Below, in pieces: positions 50,652-63,677 of a DNA stretch of 64,000 nucleotides. The notes beneath the pieces were generated by a model. It did not search any database. It saw only the letters and a program-made list of their open reading frames with translations, and had not been told where the DNA came from. Both the position numbers and the translations under genes were made by a program. The DNA is from Fimicolochytrium jonesii (taxonomy: Eukaryota): NCBI RefSeq assembly GCF_025526975.1, contig NW_026515692.1, positions 62,001 to 126,000 of the forward strand, given 5' to 3'. The stretch's first letter is position 1; every line of letters begins with the position of its first letter.

Positions 50652-52891
50652 CTACAAGATCTCATCAACCATCTTGATACCTTCATCCTCCAGCGCCTTG
50701 ATAAGCGGGCCAGCAAGTTCCATGTCCATGGGCGCCAGGACTCCTGTGCGCGTGATCTTGCCTGAAAATAGAGCATACGTGTCGGTGAGAATTCGCACGT
50801 GTGTGGTGGAAGTTGGGCGAATAATGTATGAAGGAATGGGCAGGCAGGCCTTACCGTCAAGAATCAGCTGGGTGGTGATCGCGCATGGCACGCCGACAGT
50901 GACAGCCATAGCTGTGTCGCCGTTTGGCTCTCCGAACCATAGGCCTGTTGATGTACGAGATTGCTGTATGACAATGCAATCCCGTCAGTATTGCACTATT
51001 CGACGGCTTCTCTGCCCTATGTGACTAAGGGAGCATCGACGTCGGTTACCTTCGTGCCATCCTTAAGCTCAACGTCAAACTTATGCTGCAGCATAACCAT
51101 GTCGCGTTCGCCAGCTTGGTACTGCATCTTGTCTTCCAGAGTGGCGCAGAGGGTGTCGAGGATGTTTCCGCGCTTGGTGACGGGGGTTTCGGAGAAGAGG
51201 CCGAGCCTGGAGAGGTTGTACGGGATGAGACATTTTTGTAGAAAATGTCTCAGTTCGGCGGGGAAAGAGATAACAAACCACTTCAACCCGCGAATGACAC
51301 GCTCGCTCTCGTCGTCGTCCTTCAGGCCAGCTTTAGCCTTCACTGCCTTGATGAGATCCCTGTTGAAACTTACGTTAGTTACCAGCTCATTAACATTCCG
51401 CATGCCAACACCACCGCTAATATCGCTCGGTATACATACGCTTCACTTGCGCTCTGGCTGTTCAGCGATTTCGCCAACACCGCGTTCTGCAAAATGAGTA
51501 AATTCATACAAATTCAGCTGGGATACCCCACCACCCCACCATCCGTCCGCGCCCATATCACAGTGCTGCGTACCCAGGCGATAGCGGCAGACGACTCGTG
51601 CAAGAAGTCCTTCTCTTCATCGTTCAAGAATCCAAGGGCTACCAAGACTTTGACGAATTTGGGGAAACCCTGAATGAAATCAACGTTTGGTGAGGTCAGC
51701 CCCGCCACAAGGAGAGGGCGCCGTCTTTTGCCCACCCACCTGATAACGCAACGTCCCACGAAGAACGGTCTTGCACTCGGGGATGTTGTACCGCTTGTTG
51801 TAAGGAGTAGAGTCACGGTTGGGGTAACCCTCAAATGCAAAGGCGGGGTAGATGTAGATGGGCTTGGCACTGTCCATGAGTTCCGCGCCAGGTACATCGA
51901 CAGGCTATTTCGCGTTGCGTGCGTCAGTCCAGAGTAGTATGGGGCTTAAATCGACCCCCTGCACTCGACGAACCTTCCCGTTCTCGACGTATCTCGCATT
52001 GTTCCGGAGAGCTAAAAGGACACCACGGGAACTCCAGCTGAATTTGTATCCGAGAGGGTTGTTGGAGGCCTCGGGTGCCGGAAGACCGCCACAGTAGGAC
52101 AGGAAAGACAGAACCTGCCGCACGTCTTTAGTATATCCTTGTGGATAGAGCACCTCAATGACCAATGAGAGACACTACCTTTCCACCTTCGGCATGGACC
52201 TCCTCAATGGTCTTGATAGCGTACAAATGGTCGATACCTGTCCACCAACGTCAGCGCACTTTCACTTTTCCAAATGTTCTGCAAAGGACTACTCTCCTTA
52301 CCAGGGTCAACACCAATCTCATTGAAGATGGTCACACCAGCTTCCTTCGCCCTACAAGCCGGAGTCAGTCCCAACATTCAACATCCTACAGCAGCGCCTC
52401 GGACACACGCACGCAGCGTCATGAGCCTCCATCGCCGGCGAAACATAACTGGTCGTAACGACATGCTTCTTGTGTTTAATCGAGGCACCAATCACACGAG
52501 CGTGGTGGGTGTATGGGATCAAGCTGGTGGCCAAAGGGTTCACAGATCGTCAACAAGAAAGTCCATACGACAGTAAAGTATGTGCAACCCCACCTGATGA
52601 CGATGTCGTGCTTGGCAATCTCCTTCTCCAAGGCGGCATCATCGTTCACGTCGAGCGCGATGGGGATAGCACGTTTGTGGCCTTTGGCGAGCTTTTCACC
52701 GCTCTCCACTCTTCGACTTGCTGTTGCATGGGTTTAGAGTTAACCTTCGTGATCTGCATTTCATCGCCTGCATTCCACAGACACGCACCAATAGTCACGA
52801 TATTCTCCTCACGCCGCAACAGGTATCGGAGACAGGGACCGGCTACGAAGCCGTTGCCCAAGAGCAAGATTTTCCTATTCAGGTTTGACAT
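50652..52891 (-). CDS. LYS9: Saccharopine dehydrogenase (NADP+, L-glutamate-forming), multi-exon
   Basis: [108 protein letters not shown]. Confidence 0.96.
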
Positions 52892-53099
52892 CTTGGTTAG
52901 CCAATGCGGTCGACATGGCACTCATTGAGAGCCTGTTGTTGACGTGTCGGCCCACAGTAGAGGTACCACGGCCGCCTCACTCTGCCCTCCAAACTCACTT
53001 CTGCTGTGCTGGTGCCATTTTTGTAGTTGTGGGAAGTATGGTGCCTATGCCGATTGTAATGTGCTGCGAAGCGTGGGAATCTGGGAATGTCAAAACGCC

Positions 53100-53138
53100 A
53101 CGCACCGCGGGAAGTACCGGGTCGAGTATGATACGAGT
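53100..53138 (-). mobile_element. Fragment of the same MITE family
   Basis: cgcgggaagtaccgggtcgagtatgatacgag is the reverse complement of about 49489-49520. Confidence 0.75.
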
Positions 53139-53247
53139 GGGTTGCCGCCTCCAGAAAAGACTCGAGATCCGTGGGCTGGTATTGGCCGGAAGGCTGTTAT
53201 TGGCTGTTTCTCGCGCGGAGGGCCGTTATTGGCTGTTACTTGCGCAT

Positions 53248-53378
53248 GTAACCCTAACTGTAGGGTTATCCGTAGAACCCTAACTGTACACAAGGGTTAC
53301 CTACGGATAGGGTTACGGATAGGGTTAGGGTTAGGGTTAGGCTTAGGGTTAGGATTGGGGTTAGGGTTAGGGTAACCC
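53248..53378. repeat. Interstitial telomere-like (TTAGGG)n tract with degenerate and inverted CCCTAA units
   Basis: ...agggttagggttagggttaggcttagggttaggattggggttagggttagggtaaccc. Confidence 0.85.
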
Positions 53379-53946
53379 AGGCGACAAAATCCTTGTACGC
53401 ATTCAAGGCATCCAGTATGGATCTGCCAAACATGGCTCCCCCCTTAGCTACCGTCACCAGTGCTGACGAAGGCAACGGGCTCATGTTCGGCCTCCTGGGG
53501 AGAGAACAAAAGGCTTCGATGGGCGCTGTCAGCATCAGCGTAGAGAGACTGCGTACGAAATGCATGTCCGTATGGAAGCCGATTTGGAGTTGGGACTCGG
53601 GAGGGGGGGTTGCATTACGTATAGCCGTGGCTTTCGCTGACCTCTCCCGCCGGCGCGTCATCATCATCGGTTTGGCGCGAAGGGCGCGAGAGGCGTTCTG
53701 CAAAAAGTTGGCGTCGCAGGGCTCTTCTCGGCACGGAATGTTCCGCCGGCAAGGCTTGCGGTGATCGTATATAAAAGCGTGCTGCCTTCCCGAGAGCTTT
53801 TTCTTTCCAGCCAGGGCAGCTTCGGAGGAGTATTGAATCGTTTCTTGCTGGGTTTCAGGAAACAGTCGGAGAGTTTGACACTTTCCCTTCCTCGCTACTC
53901 ATACCAAGTGTTTGCTGCTCCCATACCACAACGACGAGAACAGAGA

Positions 53947-55876
53947 ATGTCTTCCCCCATGCTCACAACAAAGGCCGGAGCGGCCACTGCCCTCCTGGCT
54001 CTCCTCCTCCCAACTTCCGTGCTATCCTTCGACACCGGCCCGCACAACGACCTTGTTCGCAACACCCTCGAGCTGTACGGCTATTCCCGCGATGCCCAAG
54101 CGCTCTCCGCATTCGCCAACTGGGCCACCGACATGTACGCCTTCACACCCTCTCTGGGAACAGATTTTGCTATCGTCCCTGACCATATCGCCGACCTGGA
54201 AATGCAGCACTGCAACAACCTCTACTCGGTCGTGTATGGAGCAAACTATATTTCGCAACATGTGGTCAACTCAAAGGCGGCGATCCAGGACGCTGTGAAG
54301 AGGGGAAGCGTATTGGACTATTTGGCTGTTGTTGGGACTAGTTTGCACACCTACCAGGATCTCTATGGTGAGTTGGGCGCGTTAGATAGCGGGGTGCATT
54401 TTGATTGAGAGCGGAGGCTGATCAGAGGCGGTACTTCCCGAAACATAGCACACTCGAACTGGGCCGAGTTGCACCGCCGTAAGGACTGCGAATGCTACGG
54501 CGTCACAGACACCTTCATGGGTGAACTTATCGCGGCCAACAGTTCCGTAGACACCCTGCTCACAACCAGCCCCGAACTTTCCGGTTGGGCTACATACGAG
54601 TGGCTGGACCGTAACTACCCAAGTAAGATCATGGAGATTTTAGCCTATCATAGGATCCCTTACCAACCCCAGTTCCATAGACTTCAACGTTAAGGGTGGA
54701 ACAGTCGAACACGGCCAATACTGCTCTGGAGTCAACAAGGACAGCTATATCCGCCCATACTACGAGGAGACCTTTGCGTACGCTTTCGCCTCCAGTGTCG
54801 AGTGGTTGTACAACCTCGAAAAATGGGCTGGGGAGGTCGAGGCTAGCAACGCCACGTTGAACGCGGCGAAAAACTGGGCACCCGCGAACCAGACCGACCA
54901 CGACGCCTTGTACAAGAACTTCGACGAGGCGTTTGAGGTGTCGTACTCCACAACCAAAGGAGTTTTCGGCGATGACAACGGACACTGGAAGGGAGAAGGC
55001 TCCGGCTCTCTCGGCACTATGGCCAAATCGGTCGCGTCGTTCGCAAAAGACAAGACCACCTTCACCAACCTGTACCTCCGCTCCGAGAACCCCGTCTACA
55101 AACTGATCACCAACCCATACCCCTACAATTTCCTCAACACATCGACGGATGTTGTCACGGGCGTTGTTCTACCGGACGACTCGTTGATCGCACAAGCTAC
55201 GAGTGTTTACACACCTTGGGCGAGGCTGCCCGCGCAATACACGGACGTGACCGCGGTCGTGGTCCGCACCAAGCATTACCGCGTCTCCGACGACCTCAAC
55301 GGAAAGTTCTCCGACGCCGACCCATGGGCGCAAATCACCATCAACGGCATGGAAATCCGCGAATCTCCTATGCAAAACAAGAAAGAGTTTACACCCTACT
55401 GGACGACCCTGAAGTTTGTGCCCTCAAATTCCTCCCAAACCATCAACTACGTCCTCCAGGACGCTGCGGCGACCTCTATGATCGAGCAACAGATCCCCAT
55501 CTCGGACGATGCCAACGGTGCACTTACCCTAACCTTCGATACGAAGAGCAAGCGCGTGTCGGGGGGAAACATCAAGGAAGGCGTGTACAACAACTACACG
55601 CTGACCTTCATTTCGCAAAAGACCAACGGGTCCCTTGTCGAGCTCTACATCGACGCGCGGCCGTTGAAGTGCCCGAATGTGAGTGCCGCTGTCGCCTCGT
55701 CGCAGGAGTATGTTACGTTCTGCCCGAACACGGCGTTTGGCGAGTTGGGTGTGTTTACTGGGTGTGATGGGGCTAAGCTGGGTACGACGCAGAATACTGC
55801 TGAGGGCCCGGTCGTGGCAAATGTGAGGGTGGCGGCTGTCGTTGCTGCCGTCGTTGGTGCTTTCATGGCGCTTTGA
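53947..55876 (+). CDS. Secreted, probably GPI-anchored protein with a Het-C/vWA7-like Zn-dependent phospholipase C-fold domain
   Basis: Signal peptide, FDTGPH, NWATD, HCNN, LHTYQDLY|AHSNW across an intron, GVNKD, hydrophobic C-terminus VAAVVAAVVGAFMAL. Confidence 0.7.
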
Positions 55877-56853
55877 GGTGCCTCGCTTTTCCTTTTATAT
55901 TTTGGCTTGCATAACATACTTCCTCCTGCTGCATCCACGGCCCCTTATGCCTAGTCAATACCGTCCAAGAAAAACTGCTTTTACAAGTTGCCATCATCGG
56001 CGACGCCTCAGGCAGAGGTACAATGATGTGGATGGCAGATAACCACCACGGAAAATGGATTGGGGTGAAAATTCTAGACTACCGGTTACGGGAGATTGCG
56101 TCTGGTCATTGCGTCTGGTCTGCGGCCATTGCCAAACACCACCGAACGCACAATTGAGAGGAAATTCTTGGTGCTTAGGACGTCCCGATCGTGCACTTTC
56201 ATCCGTAGTGGTTGTCTTCCAGGAATCTCAAATGGCGTCCAGTCTTGGTTGATACATTCGGGGGTTGGGGCAACCCACCAATCCATGGACGTATTCCATT
56301 CTCCCCTTTCTAGCTTGCCACGGCCCAGCCTATCGCCCATGGCCCATGCCCGCTGCGGGCACTCCGGTTGCCAAAGTACAGTCAGTGGACAAAAAGCTGT
56401 CTCTCCTTCTAATTGAATTCAATGACCGTTTCAGACGGCGTCTCGCAATTATTAGGTCGTCACCGGTATACAAGACTAAACCCATGCCGCTCGGCACTGT
56501 ACAGTACTGTATGGCTTGGGGGGGGGGGGCGGCTGGTGCTGCCTTGCGAAGGATGTATCTTTGCCGTTTTCAAGGCGCCGTGGTGGTTGATCAGCAGATA
56601 GGCTGTCTAAGATCTATGCGGGCGCTTGGGGTGCGAGAGGGACGCCGTCACTCCGGCGGGATGAATATCAAAGGTGCTGCGCCACACGCCGAGAGGCCAG
56701 CGCTCCGACACTGTCACTTTTCCCTGCCGTTAACAGCGCTCCCGTGCACGGCCTTCCCACCGACACAACACAATCCTTCCTTCCACCTCTCGTCCATTAC
56801 CCCCACAACCCGTTCCTCTCATATCATTCTAACCCCAACCCCACCCGCCCAAA

Positions 56854-58217
56854 ATGACCTCCAGCCTAGCAAACGTCGAAGAATACTTCCGCATGAACAT
56901 GGAAAAGAAACTCATGGTGTACGTTCTGTTCTGCCTTACCCTTACCCTCCCCATCTGCTTTCCCCCCATATGCCCCATACCCCTCTCCCCCATCCCCCCA
57001 TCCCTCACTCACCAACCCCCCCATCCCCGCAGCCGCGCCCCAGAACAAGAGGACCACGACCTAACCCCCGCCACAAAGCTCCTCGAAAAGCGGCGGGAGA
57101 TGCAAGAGGTCGAAGACGGCCTCACGCATCAGAAGGAAGATTTTGCCATAAAAATCCAAGGGCTGGCAATGAGGCGCGAGGAGTTGGCGAGGAAGGAGGG
57201 GAGGTTGCGGGAGAGTTTGGGAAAGTTCGATAAATTTCTGAAGGTATGTGTCGGTCGGAGGGGACATACTGCATAGTGTTCTTCAGGGATGGGGTTATTG
57301 ATGAGTGTGATTTTTTTTAATTTTAGGAAAACGACGCAAAAAGAACCCGCGCCCAAAAAAAATCCCTCGACGAGCGGAAAGTCCGCGAACAGAAGGAGGA
57401 TGAGATCACCGTCCTTCGTACCAACATGGCTGAGTTGACCGACGTGCGGGAGAGGCAGGGGCGGAGTGTCGAGACCAGTCAGTAATCACCCTTAACATCA
57501 CCCCATTTCCCCGGGGGCTCATCAACCCCTTTCTTTTCTTGTGATGCTAGATTTGGCATACCAACGCTACCTGGAACTCCTCCTCGAAACCGTCGAGGAG
57601 TTCAGCGAAGTCAAGGACATTATCGCGCGGTTCGATACCCTCGCCGCGACCAACAGCGCCCTCCTCGACCGTGCACGCGAGGCGCAGGAACGCACCGAAC
57701 GTGACCGCTCCGGATTTGTTCATAGCACCGAGGTATGGGGTGCTAATGCGACAAAATGGTAGCTATTGAGTGATTGATATTTGGTCTGGGCAGGAAAAGA
57801 ACACAACAATCCTAAACCAAAACAACGAAATCGCAAAACTCCAGTCCAAACTCGAACACCTCCAATCCCGCACAACGAAACTCCAATCCGAATGCGATCA
57901 GACTATCAACAACGCCACCCAGAAATCCCTCCTATTAGGCCAGATCAAAATGTACGTCAAAAGGAACAAAAAAATCATATTTCTCTTCTTATCACACCCC
58001 TTGCCGGGGTTGTTGATGTCTGTCCATTTTCGATAGGGCAACGAATAATTTGTTCCAATTGGTGAAGAGCCACGTCAATAACCGGCTCGTGGCAACGGGG
58101 AGCACCGTGGTGCAGCTGGAGAAGATCCAGCAGTTTATTCTGGATTTGACGGATATTACCAGTGATATGGGGGGGAGGGGTGGTGGGGGAGGTGGGGGAG
58201 GGGTGGGTGTTGTGTGA
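56854..58217 (+). CDS. CCDC42: Coiled-coil flagellar protein CCDC42/CFAP73 (DUF4200), multi-exon
   Basis: LTPATKLLEKRREMQEVE..LRESLGKFDKFLK|ENDAKRTRA, EEFSEVKDIIARFDTL, LLLGQIKM|ATNNLFQ, QLEKIQQFILDL. Confidence 0.88.
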
Positions 58218-58772
58218 ACCCTGTTGTTTTGGAAAATGGGTGGGAGAGGGGAGGTTGTATATAGCGGGCGTAGAGGGAGGATGGTTATGCCCGATTGTCA
58301 AATTGGATTTCTTTCTCCCTATCCTCGATCGTCTCCCTGCGGACCGTGAGGACGCTGCCGAGGATGGTGGTGACCTGCGTGGAGCGGGATTGGTGTTGGT
58401 AGCCGGCGCCGAGCAGGGCGGTGAGGAGTTGGGCGGCGGCGTGACTTCATCTCGCTCTCGCTCTCGCCCTTCCCCCTCTTGGCCGGCCTGTCATACGACC
58501 ATAGGGACCATCACGGCAACATTATCAGTTGCCCATCCAACCCAAATGGTTTATTTCGGGCTCCGCGGATGTGAGGCATTCCAAAAATTCATATTACGAT
58601 TCAAAACACAAGACATCCAAAACGTGATCCAAAACCTTACAAGAAACTGTCCAAAACGACCCAGCGGTGTAGCTAAACCCGTAACCTGCCAACGCTGTCA
58701 AGTTCGTTTGCCGACAACCCGCTCCTCAATGTTTCCCACCACGTCTCCCCCGTTTGTTCAGACTTTCATCCT

Positions 58773-59730
58773 TCACTCAGCAGCAACGCCTCTCAAAAAC
58801 CACTGCTTGGTCGGCTTATCGTACCCGACGTCAACCGCATTCGGCGGGCCTTCCGGATCGCCCTCTCTGAATTGGTGGGCTGCGAAAGGTCCCGGCTCGG
58901 GCCCGGACCAAACCTCCAGATCTGGGCGCATGTCGTATTCCATCTCCTGAACGACGGGTAGGAAAAGAACCGGAGTGGGATGGGCGAAAAGAGGCCGATG
59001 ATGTTGGGTAAGGATGTCTTCCGCCTCTTGTCGCTGTCGCAGCATTGGGTCTGTGATCCGGAAGGAACCCAGGTCTAGATGGGTTGGCATTTTGCAGACG
59101 CTGAAGAGCTCGAGGTGTTCCAGTCTTGGCAGTGCATCCAGGATGTTCGTGACCCCGATGGGGGAGAGGTGTTGCCGATGCTGGCTCAAACCTTCAAGTA
59201 TTGTTGGCCATTCCGCGGAATGAAAACCACTGATACCATGAAGTGTCAGACTTCGTAATTGGTTCAGCCGCTTTATTTTTGCCAAAGCGCCCCCAATCTC
59301 CGGTGCTCTATAAGTTCCATAAAAGCCTGGTTGTTGCGGTCGGCCAACCAGAACCAGGACGCGGAGCGATTGAGACTCGTTCAACAAGATTTGCAGTGTT
59401 TCCATATCGGAAATCGCATTGTAGAGCATCAATTCCTGCAGGTTGGCAGCCAAGCCATGTCGCAGGAATGGCGCGCAGCAATAAGGCCAGGTGAGCGGTT
59501 CCCCATCGAGGAGGTAACCTTCTTCTTCATCCATTTCATCGCAGTCGCACCAGTCCGTGGGTAGCTACAGTGCCGCACGTCCTTCGTTCTGAACTGTGTT
59601 TGCTTTTGCGCTCCATGAACGAGTCCCCACTTCTCAAGCACACAAGCTCAGCATTCCAAACAATCCTCTCTTTTTTGACTGCCTTTGCCATTCTGCCGCA
59701 GCCCCTGCACACACCTCCGTACGTAGGCAA
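58773..59730 (-). CDS. Hypothetical protein with leucine-rich-repeat-like segments (boundaries uncertain, possibly degenerate)
   Basis: LQELML, LRVLVL, LRSLTLHG, LPRLEHLELF in the 253-aa ORF. Confidence 0.4.
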
Positions 59731-60537
59731 GGAGTGGGTAAGGAGTGGGTCTCTGAGCGTTGGGCTTCGATTTCAAGCTCGTATGGTCTTTTCTCACTTT
59801 CTTTCTTCACTTTGAGCAGCGCAACTTTAAGTTGAGTGAACCGCATACCGCAAAAATACATGGGACTCACGATTCCTTGCCATGTCAGCACCTTCAACGA
59901 CTACCGCTCTCGTCAATAGATGGCGACCGCAGCTGCCAGACCTTGTCTTGCGCCGTATATGCGATTTCCTCCCCACCGCCGACGTCAACGCCGCATGAGC
60001 AAACAACCGGTTGTTGGGGTGAGGTGCAGGGGGTGTGTTGCCCTTTTGAAGTTGGAGGGTGGTGGAGGGTTGTGGGGCGGCGGCGCGGATCCCGTTTCGG
60101 CCGTCCGTGATGTGCCATATTTGGGAGCAGCGAGGAGCGGCGGGCTGCTGCTGATGGGAGGCGGGATGTGCAGCGGGTTGATAGCATTGTTCCTGGGTTG
60201 AGCGAGCTTGGGAAGACTGCCAAGGAGGATTAACTCGGACACCAATGGCGGTACTGTAGCGCATCACCTAACATATTGCAGATTCTTCCACACCCTCTCT
60301 CACCGCCATTGCCAAGATCTTTTTTGAACTACACACCTACAGCACACCTGTCAGCTGCAGTAGTGTTCCAGAGTGGAACCCCAACTTTCTGCTCTGCTTT
60401 TGTTTACAAGGTGACTCCAAAACCAGTCTTCTCATTCTTGCCCCGGAAGTACATCCTTACGCCAACCACCACCCGTCTTGACCCAGTATATCCTTTCGCC
60501 GACCACTACCAGGTAACAACCGCAATCCTTCACCATT

Positions 60538-61262
60538 GGCTACGCTATCAACCTCCGCCATCGCTCGAGACAGCCCGGAATAGGGGCAGCCTCGCGGTTG
60601 GCTACGCTATCAACTTCCGCCATCGCTCGAGACAGCCCAGAATAGGGGCAGCCTCGCGATTCGCTCTTCACTTCACGATCGCTCGAGACAACCCGGAATA
60701 GGGGCAGCCTCGCGGTACGCTATCAACTTCCGCGATCGCTTCGCCGTCGTAGTCGTGGATGCCAGGGTGAGGAGAGGAGGTACCCTGCCCAGATGGTTTC
60801 GCGCATATGGCGCATGCATCCGGGGGATCAAGGAGAAGAGAGAGGGAGATAGAGAGAGAGAGCGGACTATACCCTGCCCAGATGGTTTGGCGGATATTGC
60901 GTATCCAACCACTGTCAGCACCCCCCGGATTGGCGCATATGGCGTATCCACCCAGGGGATAAAGGAGAAGAGGGAGAGAGAGAAAGGAGAAGAGAGAGGA
61001 GAGAGAGAGAGCGGGCTATTCCATGCTAGGAGAAAGATAATGCGTGTGTAGGAATAGGAGACGAGTTCCATCATCTCTTAAGCAGTGTGACGAAGTGTGA
61101 TAACTTCGCACGGAAGGGCTATAACTCCGCCCCGACGGGCTATAACTCCGCGCGGAAGGGCTATAACTCCGCGCCGACGGCCTATAACTCCGCGTGGAAG
61201 GGCTCTATCTCTGGTGGAAGGCGTGGCACCACAGCGCGGAAGGCTATGAGTCTGCCCGGAAG
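60538..61262. repeat. Composite minisatellite: about 62-bp units, then two GA-rich units, then 21-bp units
   Basis: ctatcaacctccgccatcgctcgagacagcccggaataggggcagcctcgcg about x3; taccctgcccagatggttt...GA-rich x2; ataactccgcgcggaagggct-like about x6. Confidence 0.85.
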
Positions 61263-62351
61263 GTGTGGCACCCGGCCAAAGTGGATACAGCAGCACCCTC
61301 GGACACATATACATAGCAATAGCAATAGGTCTATGATACAGAAATCGTTACCTGGGATTCCTCTCACCGATTTACTGATGTTATTGCTCTGATGTTCTTT
61401 GATATCCGCGTTGCCCCTTCGAAGACCCCCACACGATGTCGATACGTTCGAGAAAGTGAATGGTTGGGGACGGGGATAATGATGAAAGTCGGTGGATCTA
61501 TGGGGTGGGTACGCCGTCGCCGTACGATGAGTTCTGCGAACGAATGGTCCTGGGTAATTATTCATCCCATCCAGCCCGGAGTATCTACGTCCCGACATTG
61601 CTCTCTCTCGTTCCTGTTTCCCATGATGAGTATTGAGATCCGACGCGGGTGTGTTATACCACTGGTGGACGGTGTTTGTTCGTCAACAGCGTTCTGATCA
61701 ACAAGGCGTGGGTGGTGAGTCTGGACGGTGGGAATGTATTGGGTGGATATAAACGCTGGGCAATAGTTGGGAGATGAAAATGGGTGGGAGGGGTCGTGGA
61801 GTGTCTGGGTTGATTGGGGGCTGTATCTGTGGCCGCCGTCTTCGCGGGAGGAGGAGGACGGAGGCAGATCCCAGAGCGTAGAGGTGAGCGTTCATGTTTC
61901 TAACACAAGCTGATGAATGTCTCTGGTTGGATGGGGAAGGGGTGAGAACGGGGAGTGTTGTTTTGCAGGATGTGGAGGGAAGAGAGGGGCGTTGCGAGAG
62001 TTTGACGGGGTACTGTACTGTAGTTTGCTGTTGATTGGTGTTATATTCTCCGCCGCAATGTTTATTTCGCACTTCACGTGACTTGCGCGGTTGTTCTCTG
62101 TCTGGTGGCGGCCCCTCCTCCTCTGGTTTCTCCTTCTCCTTCTGCCACCAGCACATTGCAGTGTTACATAGTACCCAGTACGCCGCCCCCCCCCCCCCCC
62201 CCCCCCCCCACCACAGCGCACAGAGTCCTCCTGCACCTTCACTGTTTCGTCGCTCGCTCTCACTCACTATGCTCGGTTCATATTGTACGTAGGGTTCAGG
62301 TAAAACGAAACGCAGCGCCATCCGCGACAGAAGAAACACCTCCCACTGAAT

Positions 62352-63677
62352 ATGGCCCAACGACAACCACCCCCGCCAACTACCCCCTCTTGGGCGAAGC
62401 CAGGTAACCCTTTTCTTGAGGATCAACAACAGCAACCCCCAAAATCCTCACCGCCGCGATGGAGTGGGGGAGAAGAAGCTTCATCGCGAGATCATCTTGC
62501 TCACAACTCCACCCCAGCGACGGCAACGTCTGTCTTTGCGAATAACCCGTTTGTGCAGAGCGATTTGAGGGCGCAGAGTGCGCAGAGTCATGCTTCGACG
62601 GCCAGGGGTCCGAATGTGTATCAGACGACGGGCACATCATCGGTCTCCGCGCGCCCGAAGCCGGACCAGCCAACAGCAGTCTCCAACGTGAACCCGAACA
62701 CTGGTTCGAACCCCCCCTCCAAACCATCAAGGACCGTCCGCCCCAGCACCCCCCTAACGACCCCCACCCCGCCCTCCGAACCCCCCTCCCGCCCTTCCGC
62801 CCGGCCCCCTCCCCGCTCCGCCTCGCCCGCCCCACCACCAGCCGACAAACCCTTTTACGTTTCCTACCCCTTCTCCGATTTCAAACCCCCATCCCAGGTA
62901 GACCTCTCCCTCTCAACAGGCTGGTTCACCCACACCCCCCCAACCCTACCCCCATCCCTCCACGGCCGCTCCGCCTACCACAGCTACCACTCCTCGCGCT
63001 CCCGAAAGGGCACCCAAACAACGAACGAATTGATCCTAGCCTTCCAATGGAAACCCAACCTCGCAACCTCCCACTTCAAAATCACATGGATAAACGACGA
63101 TATATCAACCGCAAAAGCCGAACAACGTCATAAACCCCCACCCACCCCACCCACGCCTTTCCAACTCACCACATTCGCAACCCAATACGGTAACGCGGTC
63201 GCAACATGGTGCGAGGCCCGCATAGGCACCACAGTCGGCAACGGCGAATGCTGGACGCTCGCCCACGACGCCCTGCGCGCGTGCAACGCCATGCCTTCGT
63301 TAGGCTACACCCACGGCGCGTGCATCCTCTCCGTGTCCACAACGTCCGAATCCTCCACCCTCTCTGTATCGGGGGATATGCGCCTGGTCGCCCGCGGGGA
63401 TATTCTGCAGTTCACGGAAGCGGTGTTTAAGAGTCCGAAGGGGTATACGGTGACGATGGGGACGCCTGTGCATACTGCTGTGGTCGTGAGGGTGTTACCA
63501 CCGTCGAGTGGGGGTGGTGCGGGGTGTACGGTTGTATGGGAGGTTGTAGAGCAGAATACTGGGCTGGAGGTGGGTGTTGTGAGGTCGGTGGTGAGGATGG
63601 AGGAGATACGGAGCGGGGTTGTACTGGTGTACCGCGCTGTGGATCCGAGTTGGGGGAAGGTTGAGGCAAAGTGGTGA
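62352..63677 (+). CDS. Proline-rich protein with a C-terminal BBC1/AIM3-type cysteine-proteinase (CHAP/NlpC-P60-like) fold
   Basis: VGNGECWTLA, GDILQF, HTAVV, VVEQN; NPF motifs in the N-terminus. Confidence 0.75.
   Translation: MAQRQPPPPTTPSWAKPGNPFLEDQQQQPPKSSPPRWSGGEEASSRDHLAHNSTPATATSVFANNPFVQSDLRAQSAQSHASTARGPNVYQTTGTSSVSARPKPDQPTAVSNVNPNTGSNPPSKPSRTVRPSTPLTTPTPPSEPPSRPSARPPPRSASPAPPPADKPFYVSYPFSDFKPPSQVDLSLSTGWFTHTPPTLPPSLHGRSAYHSYHSSRSRKGTQTTNELILAFQWKPNLATSHFKITWINDDISTAKAEQRHKPPPTPPTPFQLTTFATQYGNAVATWCEARIGTTVGNGECWTLAHDALRACNAMPSLGYTHGACILSVSTTSESSTLSVSGDMRLVARGDILQFTEAVFKSPKGYTVTMGTPVHTAVVVRVLPPSSGGGAGCTVVWEVVEQNTGLEVGVVRSVVRMEEIRSGVVLVYRAVDPSWGKVEAKW

Noticed and set aside
60538..61262. 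Repeat arrays as a CRISPR locus
   Set aside because: Tandem units lack unique spacers, no cas genes are present, and the context is eukaryotic.
62183..62209. Poly-C run
   Set aside because: Simple homopolymer of uncertain length.
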